A stretch of 52,841 bases of DNA from an uncultured Alistipes sp. (GTDB lineage: Bacteria; Bacteroidota; Bacteroidia; Bacteroidales; Rikenellaceae): assembly GCA_964516585.1 (NCBI GenBank), contig CAZEXJ010000137.1:1-52841 (forward strand), read 5' to 3'. The notes beneath the pieces were generated by a model that saw nothing but the letters and a program-made list of their open reading frames with translations, did no database searches and was not told the origin of the DNA. Position 1 is the stretch's first letter. Each line of letters opens with the position of its first letter. Shown here piece after piece: positions 10,284 to 18,879 of this stretch. The position numbers and the translations under genes were made by a program.

Positions 10284-10469
10284 TTGTCGGGTGCAGAGAT
10301 TCTCACGTCGGCCTGCGGCCTCCTCAGAATGACAAACGCTCCTCGGAGTGACACTCCATGTCATTGCGAGCCGAGTGCAGCGAGGCGTGGCAATCTCTGT
10401 TGTGGGCGATTATTTCCATTGTCAGGTGCAGAGATTCTCACGTCGCGCTTCGCGCTCCTCAGAATGACA
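10284..10469. repeat. REP/BIME-like repeat cluster 1 (A-B-A units in alternating orientation)
   Basis: A(-) 10296-10334, B(+) 10359-10397, A(-) 10431-10469. Units are bounded by TGTCATT...ATCTC. Homologous to 38102-38267 and 40973-41071. Confidence 0.85.
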
Positions 10470-10540
10470 TGTCGGTGGAAATAATCGACCCCAACCGATA
10501 TGGACGACGCGGCGGGGCAGGGTGGCGGCATCGGCCTGTA

Positions 10541-10580
10541 AATACACAAAAGGCAGCTCGAAAGCTGCCTTTTGTGTATT
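10541..10580. terminator. Intrinsic terminator downstream of the rpmB-rpmG operon
   Basis: AATACACAAAAGGCAGCT-CGAA-AGCTGCCTTTTGTGTATT, a perfect 18-bp stem. Confidence 0.8.
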
Positions 10581-10608
10581 AGTTGCGAGAACTAATAACA
10601 ATGTTTTT

Positions 10609-10656
10609 AATAAGCCGAGGGCAGAGCCAAACCTGTTCGGGCTATGCCGGGGCGAG
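10609..10656. repeat. Second palindromic repeat family, copy 1
   Basis: AATAAGCCGAGGGCAGAGCCAAACCTGTTCGGGCTATGCCGGGGCGAG resembles 41540-41586. Confidence 0.55.
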
Positions 10657-10676
10657 AAAAGGTGCAAGAAATTGAA

Positions 10677-10835
10677 CTATTTCTGTGCGAAAAATGCCTT
10701 GATCTCATCGTCGCTGAGCAGGTTCTGCTCTTGGAACATGTAGGCGCCCGTCTTCTCCGACTTTACCATCTTGATACACTTCGTGTATTTCTTGCTCGTA
10801 CCCGTTTTCAGGGTTGCAACTACTTTCTTTGCCAT
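10677..10835 (-). CDS. Small basic 52-aa protein (DUF4295-like), absent from the ORF track
   Basis: Manual translation: MAKKVVATLKTGTSKKYTKCIKMVKSEKTGAYMFQEQNLLSDDEIKAFFAQK*. This family typically follows rpmG in Bacteroidota. Confidence 0.85.
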   Translation of the reverse strand: MAKKVVATLKTGTSKKYTKCIKMVKSEKTGAYMFQEQNLLSDDEIKAFFAQK

Positions 10836-10849
10836 ACTCTACTCACAAA

Positions 10850-11032
10850 TTATTTAATTTCACGGTGTACGGTCACACGTTTCAAATAGGGGTTGTACTT
10901 CTTGCGCTCCAAACGATCGGGAGTGTTCTTCTTGTTCTTGGTGGTGATGTAGCGAGACATGCCTGCAACGCCGCTCTCTTTCTGCTCGGTGCATTCCAAA
11001 ATCACCTGAACTCTGTTACCTTTCTTTGCCAT
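10850..11032 (-). CDS. rpmG: 50S ribosomal protein L33
   Basis: '[10 protein letters not shown]', '[22 protein letters not shown]'. Confidence 0.96.
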   Translation of the reverse strand: MAKKGNRVQVILECTEQKESGVAGMSRYITTKNKKNTPDRLERKKYNPYLKRVTVHREIK

Positions 11033-11046
11033 TTCTCAATCCGATT

Positions 11047-11280
11047 TTAGTAAACTGACTTAGGTGCCTTAGCCTCGCGCAGAGCAACTGCCAGACCCTT
11101 CTTGTTGATTGTTTTGATGCCGGCCGCCGATACCTTCAAGGTGATCCAGCGTCCCTCCTCCTCCGACCAGAAACGCTTAGTCTTCAAATTGGGATTGAAC
11201 TTGCGCTTCGAACGGATATGCGAGTGGGAAACATTGTTGCCCACGATCGCAACTTTACCTGTAATTTCGCAAACTTTCAT
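11047..11280 (-). CDS. rpmB: 50S ribosomal protein L28
   Basis: 'CEITGK...GNNVSHSH...KRKFNPNL'. Minus-strand TAACTTTG at 11326-11333. Confidence 0.96.
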   Translation of the reverse strand: MKVCEITGKVAIVGNNVSHSHIRSKRKFNPNLKTKRFWSEEEGRWITLKVSAAGIKTINKKGLAVALREAKAPKSVY

Positions 11281-11393
11281 TGTCGTTTAATTTTTAGCTT
11301 TGGTGCTACCATGCACAAAAGCGCACAAAGTTAGTAAATTTTTTCGATATTGCAAATCGATCATGCAATTTGATGCGGTTTTGCCGCCATATT

Positions 11394-12551
11394 TCAGTTG
11401 CGCAACAGATAACGGTAGACCTCGATCTCCCTGCGGTCGCCCATCTCCTTGCCCGGAACGTCGGAGAGCTTGACACACAGCTCCATGGGCTGACGGCGGT
11501 TGATCTGGCACTTCGACAGCTTCATGACGATGTTGCAGGGCGTGTTGCCGGTGTCGTTGGTGAGGTTGGTGCCGATGCCGAACGAGCAGCGTATCTTGCC
11601 CTCGCAGGCCTTCTTTATGGCCGCGGCTTTGGGGAAGTCGAGCGTGTCGCTGAAAACTATGGTTTTGGTCATGGGGTCGATGCCCAACTCCTTGTAACGC
11701 GCTATGGCCATGTTCATAAACGCTATGGGGTCGCCCGAGTCGTGGCGCACGCCGTCGAAGAGCGAGGCGTGTTTCTTCGAGAAGTTTTTGAAGAACACCT
11801 CCGAGCCGAAGCTGTCGGTCAGTGCCGTGCCGAGGTAGCCGTCGTAGACCTTGACCCAATCCTCCATGGTAAGGTAGTTGGCGTTGCGCGGACCTCCGTT
11901 GACGGCGGCGATGAACATGGGCAGCTCGTGGGGGTAGGTGCCGATCATCTTTACACCCAATTTCATAGCCAAATAGCAGTTCGACGTACCCACGCAGCCG
12001 CACTCGTGGTCGCGCAGATGTTCTACGACCAAACGCTGTATGTCGAACGAGAAGCGGCGGCGCGTGCCGAAATCGGAGAAGCGCATGTCGTTCTCGCGGG
12101 CTATGGACTCTTTCTGCTCCAAGCGTTCGATCATCGAGTCGATGTCGACATTGTTGCGGCGATTTACAAGCTCCGACACCGTTGCCAGCACGGCTATTTC
12201 GTAGAGCGTGACCTTGTACATGAAGTCCGTAACGTCGATGTGCAGATGCTGCTCCTCGTCCAATCGCACGTCGATCTTCGAGGCGTCGAAGTGAAACACT
12301 TTCAACCACTCGAAGTAGTTCTGCGGAATATACTTGCAGTTGGCGATCATGTATTCGAACTCCTCGTTGGTGAGCGACAGGCGCGACAGAGCCTCGAACT
12401 CGTGGCGCAGGTCGTCGATGAAACGCTGGTCGTATTGCGATTTCGCACGATCTAAAAAGGTGAATGTTCCGCGTGCCTCGGGATAGAGTTTGAAATAGGC
12501 ATACGAGGTGGTGAATTTGTACAGATCGGTATCGAGAATCGATTGTATCAT
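11394..12551 (-). CDS. pncB: Nicotinate phosphoribosyltransferase
   Basis: 'LDTDLYKFT', 'DFGTRRR', 'GTSN', 'RHDSGDP', 'FGIGTNLTND', 'VKLSD'. Confidence 0.94.
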   Translation of the reverse strand: MIQSILDTDLYKFTTSYAYFKLYPEARGTFTFLDRAKSQYDQRFIDDLRHEFEALSRLSLTNEEFEYMIANCKYIPQNYFEWLKVFHFDASKIDVRLDEEQHLHIDVTDFMYKVTLYEIAVLATVSELVNRRNNVDIDSMIERLEQKESIARENDMRFSDFGTRRRFSFDIQRLVVEHLRDHECGCVGTSNCYLAMKLGVKMIGTYPHELPMFIAAVNGGPRNANYLTMEDWVKVYDGYLGTALTDSFGSEVFFKNFSKKHASLFDGVRHDSGDPIAFMNMAIARYKELGIDPMTKTIVFSDTLDFPKAAAIKKACEGKIRCSFGIGTNLTNDTGNTPCNIVMKLSKCQINRRQPMELCVKLSDVPGKEMGDRREIEVYRYLLRN

Positions 12552-12580
12552 GATATTAAGATTTTTAAGTTAGGTTCGTT

Positions 12581-13828
12581 CTATTCGGTTAGTTCTTTCA
12601 ACAGCAACTCTATGGCATATGCCGATGCGCGTGCTATGATCTGTCCGCGGTCGGTACCCGAGTTGCGCATGACGGCATAGCTGCCCTCGGGCGTCGCCAC
12701 GCCGAACCATACGGTGCCGACGGGCTTCTGCTCCGAGCCTCCCGTCGGGCCGGCGATGCCCGTAGTTGATATGGCGTAGTCGGCGCCCGATATGCGCCGC
12801 ACACCCTCGGCCATTTGTTGCGCCACGGTCTGGCTGACGGCTCCGCAGCGTACTATATCGTCCATGTCGACTCCGAGTACGTCGCGCTTGGCCTCGTTGC
12901 TGTACGATACCACGCCGCACCGAAAATAGGCCGAAGCTCCCGGCATGGCCGTGAACTTCGAGGCTATGGCGCCTCCCGTACAGCTCTCCGCCACGGCGAG
13001 TGTCGCACCGCGTCCTGTTAGCAGGTCGTGAACGATGTGTTCTACCGAGGCGTCGTCGAATCCGACGATGTTGTCGGGTATGATCGAATACAGTTTTGCA
13101 AATTCGTTGTCGATGACCGTCCGCATCTCCTTGCCGTCGACGTCGTAGGCCGACAGGCGCAGACGTACGATATTGGGCGAGGGCAGGTAGGCGAGTTTCA
13201 CGCCTGCGGGCAGAGCATCTTCCCACGAGGCGATTTGAGCCGCAAGCATCGACTCGGCGATGCCGTGCGTAATCATCGTGCGGTGGACTATGGAGTGCAG
13301 TTCGAAACGGCTCTTTATGCGCGGCATGACCTCGTCGTGCATGAGGTGCTCCATTTCGAACGGGACTCCCGGCAGCGAGACGACGACCTTCGAGCGGTCG
13401 TCTCCGCAGTCGAACCACATGCCCGGCGCCGTGCCGTGGGCATTGTGCAGCACCGTGCAGCACTCCGGCACCATAGCCTGCGAACGGTTCAGTTCGCTGA
13501 ACTCTATGCCGCGGCGAGCCAGCAGGGTGCGTATGTGTGCGGCCTCTGCCTCGTTGTATATCAGACGGCTGCCGAACATCTCCGCCAGAGTATATTTGGT
13601 GATGTCGTCCTTTGTGGGTCCGAGTCCGCCCGTGATGATGACGATGTCGCTCGCCGACAATGCGCGTCGGACGGTGTCGCGTATCGCCTGCGCGTCGTCG
13701 CCTATGGAGAGCTTCTCCACGACGGCGATGCCGGCGGAGTTGAGGTGACGGGCGATCGATACGGTATTGGTATCCACGATCTGACCTATGAGAATCTCGT
13801 CACCTATTGTTACGACGGTTGCTTTCAT
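12581..13828 (-). CDS. cinA: CinA-family protein (MocF domain plus NMN deamidase PncC domain)
   Basis: 'TIGDEILIGQIVDTN', 'TGGLGPTKDD', 'AESCTGG', 'TGIAGPTGG..KPVGTV'. Confidence 0.93.
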   Translation of the reverse strand: MKATVVTIGDEILIGQIVDTNTVSIARHLNSAGIAVVEKLSIGDDAQAIRDTVRRALSASDIVIITGGLGPTKDDITKYTLAEMFGSRLIYNEAEAAHIRTLLARRGIEFSELNRSQAMVPECCTVLHNAHGTAPGMWFDCGDDRSKVVVSLPGVPFEMEHLMHDEVMPRIKSRFELHSIVHRTMITHGIAESMLAAQIASWEDALPAGVKLAYLPSPNIVRLRLSAYDVDGKEMRTVIDNEFAKLYSIIPDNIVGFDDASVEHIVHDLLTGRGATLAVAESCTGGAIASKFTAMPGASAYFRCGVVSYSNEAKRDVLGVDMDDIVRCGAVSQTVAQQMAEGVRRISGADYAISTTGIAGPTGGSEQKPVGTVWFGVATPEGSYAVMRNSGTDRGQIIARASAYAIELLLKELTE

Positions 13829-13862
13829 ATTTGTCGAATATGGATTGTTGAGGTTGTGAACG

Positions 13863-14915
13863 CTATTTCTGTGCGGCCTTTGCGGTTTGCTCCTCCTGTG
13901 CGGCGGCGGCAAGCGATCGGCATATCTTTCCGGCCAACCCTAATCCGTGATAGATGATACCCGTGTGCAGCTGTACGAGCGAGGCGCCCGCCGCCAGCAT
14001 GTTTTTCACGTCTTCGGGCGACATTAGACCTCCGACGCCGATGATAGGGTAGAATCCTCCCGAGCGGCGGTGTATGTATTCAACGGTCTCTATGGCTCGG
14101 CGAGTAAGCGGCTCTCCGCTTACGGCTCCGACGCCCCTGTTGTCGGCGTCGAGCACGTCGCTCGCGAGTGTGCCGGCAACGGCCACTATGCCGTCGAGCG
14201 GCAATTCGATAAGAGACTCTATCACTCCGTCGAGCTGTTCGACCGCAAGGTCGGGCGATATTTTGAGCAGTATGGGACGGTAGTCGCTTTGTCCCCGCCG
14301 GAACTCGAACAGCGGAGCCAGCAATGCCGACAGCGCCTGCTTCGATGTGGGGACGAACGCCTTCGACGAGGTATTGCAACATATGTTTACCGAGAAGTAA
14401 TCGACATATTGATACATGTTGCGGAATACCTTCAAGTAGTCGCCCGAGGCGGCCTCGTTGGGCGTTATGGCATTTTTGCAGATGTTGCAGCCGACAATGA
14501 CCCCCTTTTTGCGGTTGCGGATTTTGCCCATGACATATTCCAACCCCTTCGACGGATAGCCCGAGCGGTCGATAATGGCACCTGCCGACGACTGCCGGAA
14601 CAGCCGCGGACGCGGATTGCCGACCTGCGGGCGCGGCGTCACGGAGCCTATCTCGATGAATCCGAATCCTGCCGCAGCCAATTCGTCTATGACTTCGCCG
14701 TTGCAGTCGTATCCTGCCGCAACGCCCACGGGATTGGGAAATCTCATGCCGAACACCTCTCGCTCCAACAGCGGCGACCGCACCGCATATCGCTTGCGAA
14801 GCAGCCACTTGCCTGCCGGCATCGCCCCTATTATGCGCAGACGCCGCAATGCGATGTTGTGCGCAGTCTCGGGATTGACGATCGAGAGCAATTTCCTTAT
14901 CGGCGACAATTTCAT
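13863..14915 (-). CDS. Class 2 dihydroorotate dehydrogenase-like flavoprotein with a divergent active site
   Basis: 'PETAH', 'FPNPVGVAAG', 'GSVTPRPQVGNPRPRLFR', 'LKISPDL', 'IIGVGG', 'AGASLVQL'. Substrate motifs are altered (see findings). Confidence 0.8.
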   Translation of the reverse strand: MKLSPIRKLLSIVNPETAHNIALRRLRIIGAMPAGKWLLRKRYAVRSPLLEREVFGMRFPNPVGVAAGYDCNGEVIDELAAAGFGFIEIGSVTPRPQVGNPRPRLFRQSSAGAIIDRSGYPSKGLEYVMGKIRNRKKGVIVGCNICKNAITPNEAASGDYLKVFRNMYQYVDYFSVNICCNTSSKAFVPTSKQALSALLAPLFEFRRGQSDYRPILLKISPDLAVEQLDGVIESLIELPLDGIVAVAGTLASDVLDADNRGVGAVSGEPLTRRAIETVEYIHRRSGGFYPIIGVGGLMSPEDVKNMLAAGASLVQLHTGIIYHGLGLAGKICRSLAAAAQEEQTAKAAQK

Positions 14916-14973
14916 CTGACGTTTTATTTATTGCAAAGATACATATTTTATGCTGACAATGTCTTGATTGGCC

Positions 14974-15969
14974 TTAAAAATACTCCTGCCGATAGTCGTA
15001 CTGGTTGCGGATACGCTCGAACTGCGACGGATCGGCCTTGAATCGGCGTGTCTCGGCCGCGATGTCGAAGTATGCCGCGATAGTGCCGCACATCTGCTCC
15101 CAGCCTATCGCGTGCGGCTGTGTGCGATCTATTTCGGCCGGATACCACTCCGTAAGCGGCAAACCGTAGCGGGCGGCCAACTTGCGTATCACGGCAGCCG
15201 AGGCGTTGGCCTTGCCCTGAGCCGAATAACCGGCTATGTGTGTGGTTGCAAGCAGGGCGTTTTGCAGCACCTCCCGGTCGATGTCGGGTTCCGACTCCCA
15301 CACGTCGAGGGCATAGCGGTGCCGGGAAGCGAGCAGCGCCCGGCCGTCGATCACCTCGCCGCGCGAGGCATTGACGACAATGGCATCGGGACGCATCGCC
15401 GCGAGCAGCCGGGCGTCGACCATGTGGCGTGTGGTGTCATCGAGCGGCGTGTGCAATGTCATGATGTCGACTTGCGAAGCAAGTTTTTCGAGCGATATGA
15501 AATCGCCCCCTTCGCGCGCCTGCCGCGGCGGGTCGCAGCATACGACCCTGAATCCCCACGATCGGGCATAATCGGCGACGAGCGATCCTATGTGTCCCAC
15601 GCCCACCACGCCGAGGGTGTACTGCTCGGGACGGCGGCCGTCGAGAGCGATTATGTGTGCCAGCGCAGCCGCTACCCATTGCAATACGCCGCGGGCATTG
15701 CATCCCTCGGCGCGAACGACGTCTATCGATCGCGACCGGCAATACTCCGTGTCGATATGGTCGCAGCCTATGGTGGCGGTGGCTATGAAGCCGACTTTCG
15801 ATCCGTCGAGCAGCGCCCGGTCGCAGCGTGTGCGGGTGCGTATCAGCAGTGCGTCGCAGTCGGCGACATGCTGCCGTCCGATACTCTTGCCGTCGATATA
15901 CTCCACCTCGGCAAAGGGTTCGAGAACGCCTTTGACAAACGGTATGGCTTTGTCGATGATGATTTTCAC
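14974..15969 (-). CDS. pdxB: Erythronate-4-phosphate dehydrogenase
   Basis: 'ALLIRTRT', 'TATIGCDHID', 'GVVGVGHIG', 'LHTPL', 'NASRG', 'DVWESEP', 'HIAGYSAQGK'. Confidence 0.88.
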   Translation of the reverse strand: MKIIIDKAIPFVKGVLEPFAEVEYIDGKSIGRQHVADCDALLIRTRTRCDRALLDGSKVGFIATATIGCDHIDTEYCRSRSIDVVRAEGCNARGVLQWVAAALAHIIALDGRRPEQYTLGVVGVGHIGSLVADYARSWGFRVVCCDPPRQAREGGDFISLEKLASQVDIMTLHTPLDDTTRHMVDARLLAAMRPDAIVVNASRGEVIDGRALLASRHRYALDVWESEPDIDREVLQNALLATTHIAGYSAQGKANASAAVIRKLAARYGLPLTEWYPAEIDRTQPHAIGWEQMCGTIAAYFDIAAETRRFKADPSQFERIRNQYDYRQEYF

Positions 15970-16033
15970 TGCTTAGATATTGATTGTTGCAATAGATAAA
16001 TCGGCTGCGAACATTCGCAGCCGATCCGATCTG

Positions 16034-16423
16034 TTAGTCGAGTACGCCGTCGAGTACGAGTTGGCGCCTCACTTTCTGCCAGTCGACCACCGGGTGGGCG
16101 GCTCCGTCGACGAAACGCAGCGGGCATCCCACTGCCGAATCGTCGATGTAGAGATTGGCATATACCTTGCGCGAGTCGCTCCAATCCTGATCGGGGTTTG
16201 CATTTATGCCGTACAACGGAATATTGCGCACCTTGAACCACTGTGCCGCCTTGTCGAGCAGTATGCCCGAACGCATGGTGTAGAGGATCAGTTTGCAATC
16301 GTTCTGCGACAACTCGCGCAATACATCCACAGCACCTTCGGCGTCGGCTCCGATATGCGGGTATTCATGCTCGACGCATGTCCCATCGAAATCCACGGCT
16401 ATTGTCAAACCTCGGCTTGCCAT
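16034..16423 (-). CDS. Small HAD-like phosphatase (BT0820-type)
   Basis: 'IAVDFDGTCVEHEYP', 'RKVYANLYIDD'. Confidence 0.75.
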   Translation of the reverse strand: MASRGLTIAVDFDGTCVEHEYPHIGADAEGAVDVLRELSQNDCKLILYTMRSGILLDKAAQWFKVRNIPLYGINANPDQDWSDSRKVYANLYIDDSAVGCPLRFVDGAAHPVVDWQKVRRQLVLDGVLD

Positions 16424-16426
16424 TGT

Positions 16427-18853
16427 TTACTTCCGTTTCTTGAACTGTCGTTTTACCTTCTTTACGAACTTTTCCCACTTCGTGTCGTTGTCGTCGCAGT
16501 AGTATCCGTAGCCGTAATTGCCGTACCCGTAGCCATATCCGTGGCCGTATGTCTTGGCATTGGGATCTACGCCGTTGAGGACGATGCACATGTTGTGGAA
16601 CTTCTTGTCGCGGTGCAATTTCTCGATGTCGGGCAGTTGACGGCGGTCGAGATGTCCCTGACGAACTACGTATATCGTCAGATCGGCCACGCGGTCGATG
16701 ATCATCGCATCGGCAATGGCCATCGCCGGCACGCTGTCGATAATTATGTAGTCGTACATGCCGCGCAGGTCGTTTATCATTTTGTCGACGCGCTGCGACA
16801 TCAGCATCTCGGCCGGGTTGGGCGGTTGGATGCCGGCATACATTATATCGAAGTTGTCGTCGATCGGGGTCTTCGATATGGCATCCTCCAACCGGGCGAT
16901 CGAGCCGTTAAGATAGCTGGTTATGCCCTTTCTGTCGGTGCGGTGCCCCATCTGCTTCGACAGTGTGCGACGTCGCAGATCGAAGTCCATCAACAGCACC
17001 CGTTTGCCCGATATGGCGAGTGTCATGGCTAAATTGGTCGAAACGAACGTCTTGCCGCTATGCGGTGTCGACGAGGTGAGGAGAATGACCTTCTGCTCGC
17101 TGTCGATGCCCATGAAACTCATGTTGGTGCGCAGTATTCTGAACGACTCCGACAACATGTCGCGACCCGCGGCGCGCACGGCTATGCCGTATTCGGCCTT
17201 GCCGTGATATGCCGGAATATCGCCTAAGAACGGTATGCTCAATGCCTCCTCGATCTCTTTGCGGCCTCTTACGGTGGTATTTAGCAGCTCGATTATGTAG
17301 AGCAGTGCGCACGGAATCGCGGCGCCGAGTACGATCGCGATCAGATATATCAGTGTCTTCTTGGGGCTTATCGGTTTGTTGCTTCCGTAGGCCGTGTCGA
17401 TGATGCGGGCGTTGCTCTCTGCCGTGGCTCCCATCAACGAGTTCTCCTCGCGCTTGGTCAACAGGTAGATATACAACTCCTCCTTGACTTTCTGCTGACG
17501 GCTCATCGACAACAGCTCCTTCTCCTTGACGGGCGACGAGGTCATACGCGTATCGGCGATGTTCTGCTCACGGCGTATATTGTCGAGTTGCAGCGTAAGG
17601 CCGTTGATATGCGAGTCGAGAGACGTCAGAATGGCATTGCGCAGAGAGGCAATGTTGTTGTCCATATCGATTATGACAGGGCTGTTGGCCGAGGCGTTGG
17701 CCAGCAGTCGCTGGCGGTTGAGCACCTGCTCGTTGTATAAGGCGATCTGTGATGCCAATGCAGCCGATGCACCGCTCATCGATACCGTGGCGGCCGGAAT
17801 GAGGCTGCGCTCGCTGGCGTCGTTGTTGATGAAATCGCGTATGTAGCGCGCCATCTCCAAACTGCCTTCGAGCGACAGCGACTGGCTTTTCAGTGAACTT
17901 ATCTCCGTGGCGCTGTGCGATGCCTCATCTTCGGGGCTGTAAATCTTGTATGTCTGTTTGAATGCGGCTACGTCGCTGTCGGCGTCGGTCAACTCCTTGC
18001 CGAGGATCGCCAAACGCTCGTTGATGAATTTGTCGGTGATGTCCGATATGGTGCGCTTGTCGTTGATAGCGTCGGTATTATAGGCATCGATGATGCTGTT
18101 GATGATATCTTCGGCTCGCTTGGGCACCACGTCGTCCATCGTCAGACTGATGACCGAGGCCTGCTTATCCTTGATCTCGCATTTGAACTTGGTGCGATAT
18201 GCCTCTACGGTTTCGTTGAAAGGGTATTTGCCGACTATTATCTCGCCGCCTATGTGCTGCGAGATGTAGGGCGTCTGGCGCACGATCATGGCTCCCATAG
18301 GTGTGGATACCGTGTCTCCCATAGTCACCTGCACACTGAAATCGCCGTTGCCTGAGAAGCCGAAAAGATCGACTGTCTGTTCGTCGACGATACGCGCTTT
18401 GAACTGCCCGGTTTCATTGGGCGCGGGATTGATGTATTTTACCAGAATGGGCGAGCGGCCGTAGAGGTCTAAGGTTCTGATTCTTCCCTTTTGGGTGTAC
18501 TTTATGGTAAGGTCGAGTTTGCCGACGACCTCCTCCATAAGCCGGCGCGACTGGAAGATATAGATCTCGTTGTCGACGCTGCGGCGTATTCCGCCTCCGA
18601 TTCCTCCGAGCAGGTCGTTGAATGCCGAGATCTCGGCGCTCGAACCCTTGCGCGAGTCTTTGACAAGCACCGAGGCCGAACGCTGGTACACGGGAGCCGT
18701 GCGGCGCAGATAGAAAGCCGCGCATCCGAAGCAGATCAGCATCGACAATACGAACCAATACCAGTTGGAGAGTATCAACTGTACAAAATCCTGCAGCGTG
18801 AATCTGCCGGCCTTTGTGCTGTCTTCGTTTTGTTGTGTCGGATAGTTGTTCAT
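16427..18853 (-). CDS. wzc: Polysaccharide co-polymerase / BY-kinase (Wzc family)
   Basis: Two TM segments around a coiled-coil region. 'ESFRILRTN', Walker A 'PHSGKTF', 'DFDLRR', 'PPNPAEML', C-terminal Tyr cluster 'YGHGYGYGYGNYGYGYY'. Confidence 0.9.
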   Translation of the reverse strand: MNNYPTQQNEDSTKAGRFTLQDFVQLILSNWYWFVLSMLICFGCAAFYLRRTAPVYQRSASVLVKDSRKGSSAEISAFNDLLGGIGGGIRRSVDNEIYIFQSRRLMEEVVGKLDLTIKYTQKGRIRTLDLYGRSPILVKYINPAPNETGQFKARIVDEQTVDLFGFSGNGDFSVQVTMGDTVSTPMGAMIVRQTPYISQHIGGEIIVGKYPFNETVEAYRTKFKCEIKDKQASVISLTMDDVVPKRAEDIINSIIDAYNTDAINDKRTISDITDKFINERLAILGKELTDADSDVAAFKQTYKIYSPEDEASHSATEISSLKSQSLSLEGSLEMARYIRDFINNDASERSLIPAATVSMSGASAALASQIALYNEQVLNRQRLLANASANSPVIIDMDNNIASLRNAILTSLDSHINGLTLQLDNIRREQNIADTRMTSSPVKEKELLSMSRQQKVKEELYIYLLTKREENSLMGATAESNARIIDTAYGSNKPISPKKTLIYLIAIVLGAAIPCALLYIIELLNTTVRGRKEIEEALSIPFLGDIPAYHGKAEYGIAVRAAGRDMLSESFRILRTNMSFMGIDSEQKVILLTSSTPHSGKTFVSTNLAMTLAISGKRVLLMDFDLRRRTLSKQMGHRTDRKGITSYLNGSIARLEDAISKTPIDDNFDIMYAGIQPPNPAEMLMSQRVDKMINDLRGMYDYIIIDSVPAMAIADAMIIDRVADLTIYVVRQGHLDRRQLPDIEKLHRDKKFHNMCIVLNGVDPNAKTYGHGYGYGYGNYGYGYYCDDNDTKWEKFVKKVKRQFKKRK

Positions 18854-18879
18854 GTGACTTATAACTTGTTATGTCTTAG

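Noticed and set aside
10284..10469. Possible mini CRISPR array (also 38102-38267)
   Set aside because: Units alternate in orientation and type, have variable interiors, number only 2-3 per locus, and no cas genes are present.
10109..10667. Small ORFs spanning the repeat clusters (also 37977..38342)
   Set aside because: Their shared peptide motifs (EILTS..LLRMT, CHCEPSA) are translations of the DNA repeats, with no independent coding evidence.
16500..16552. Short tandem CCGTAG/CCGTA repeats
   Set aside because: They simply encode the Wzc Tyr-Gly phosphorylation cluster.
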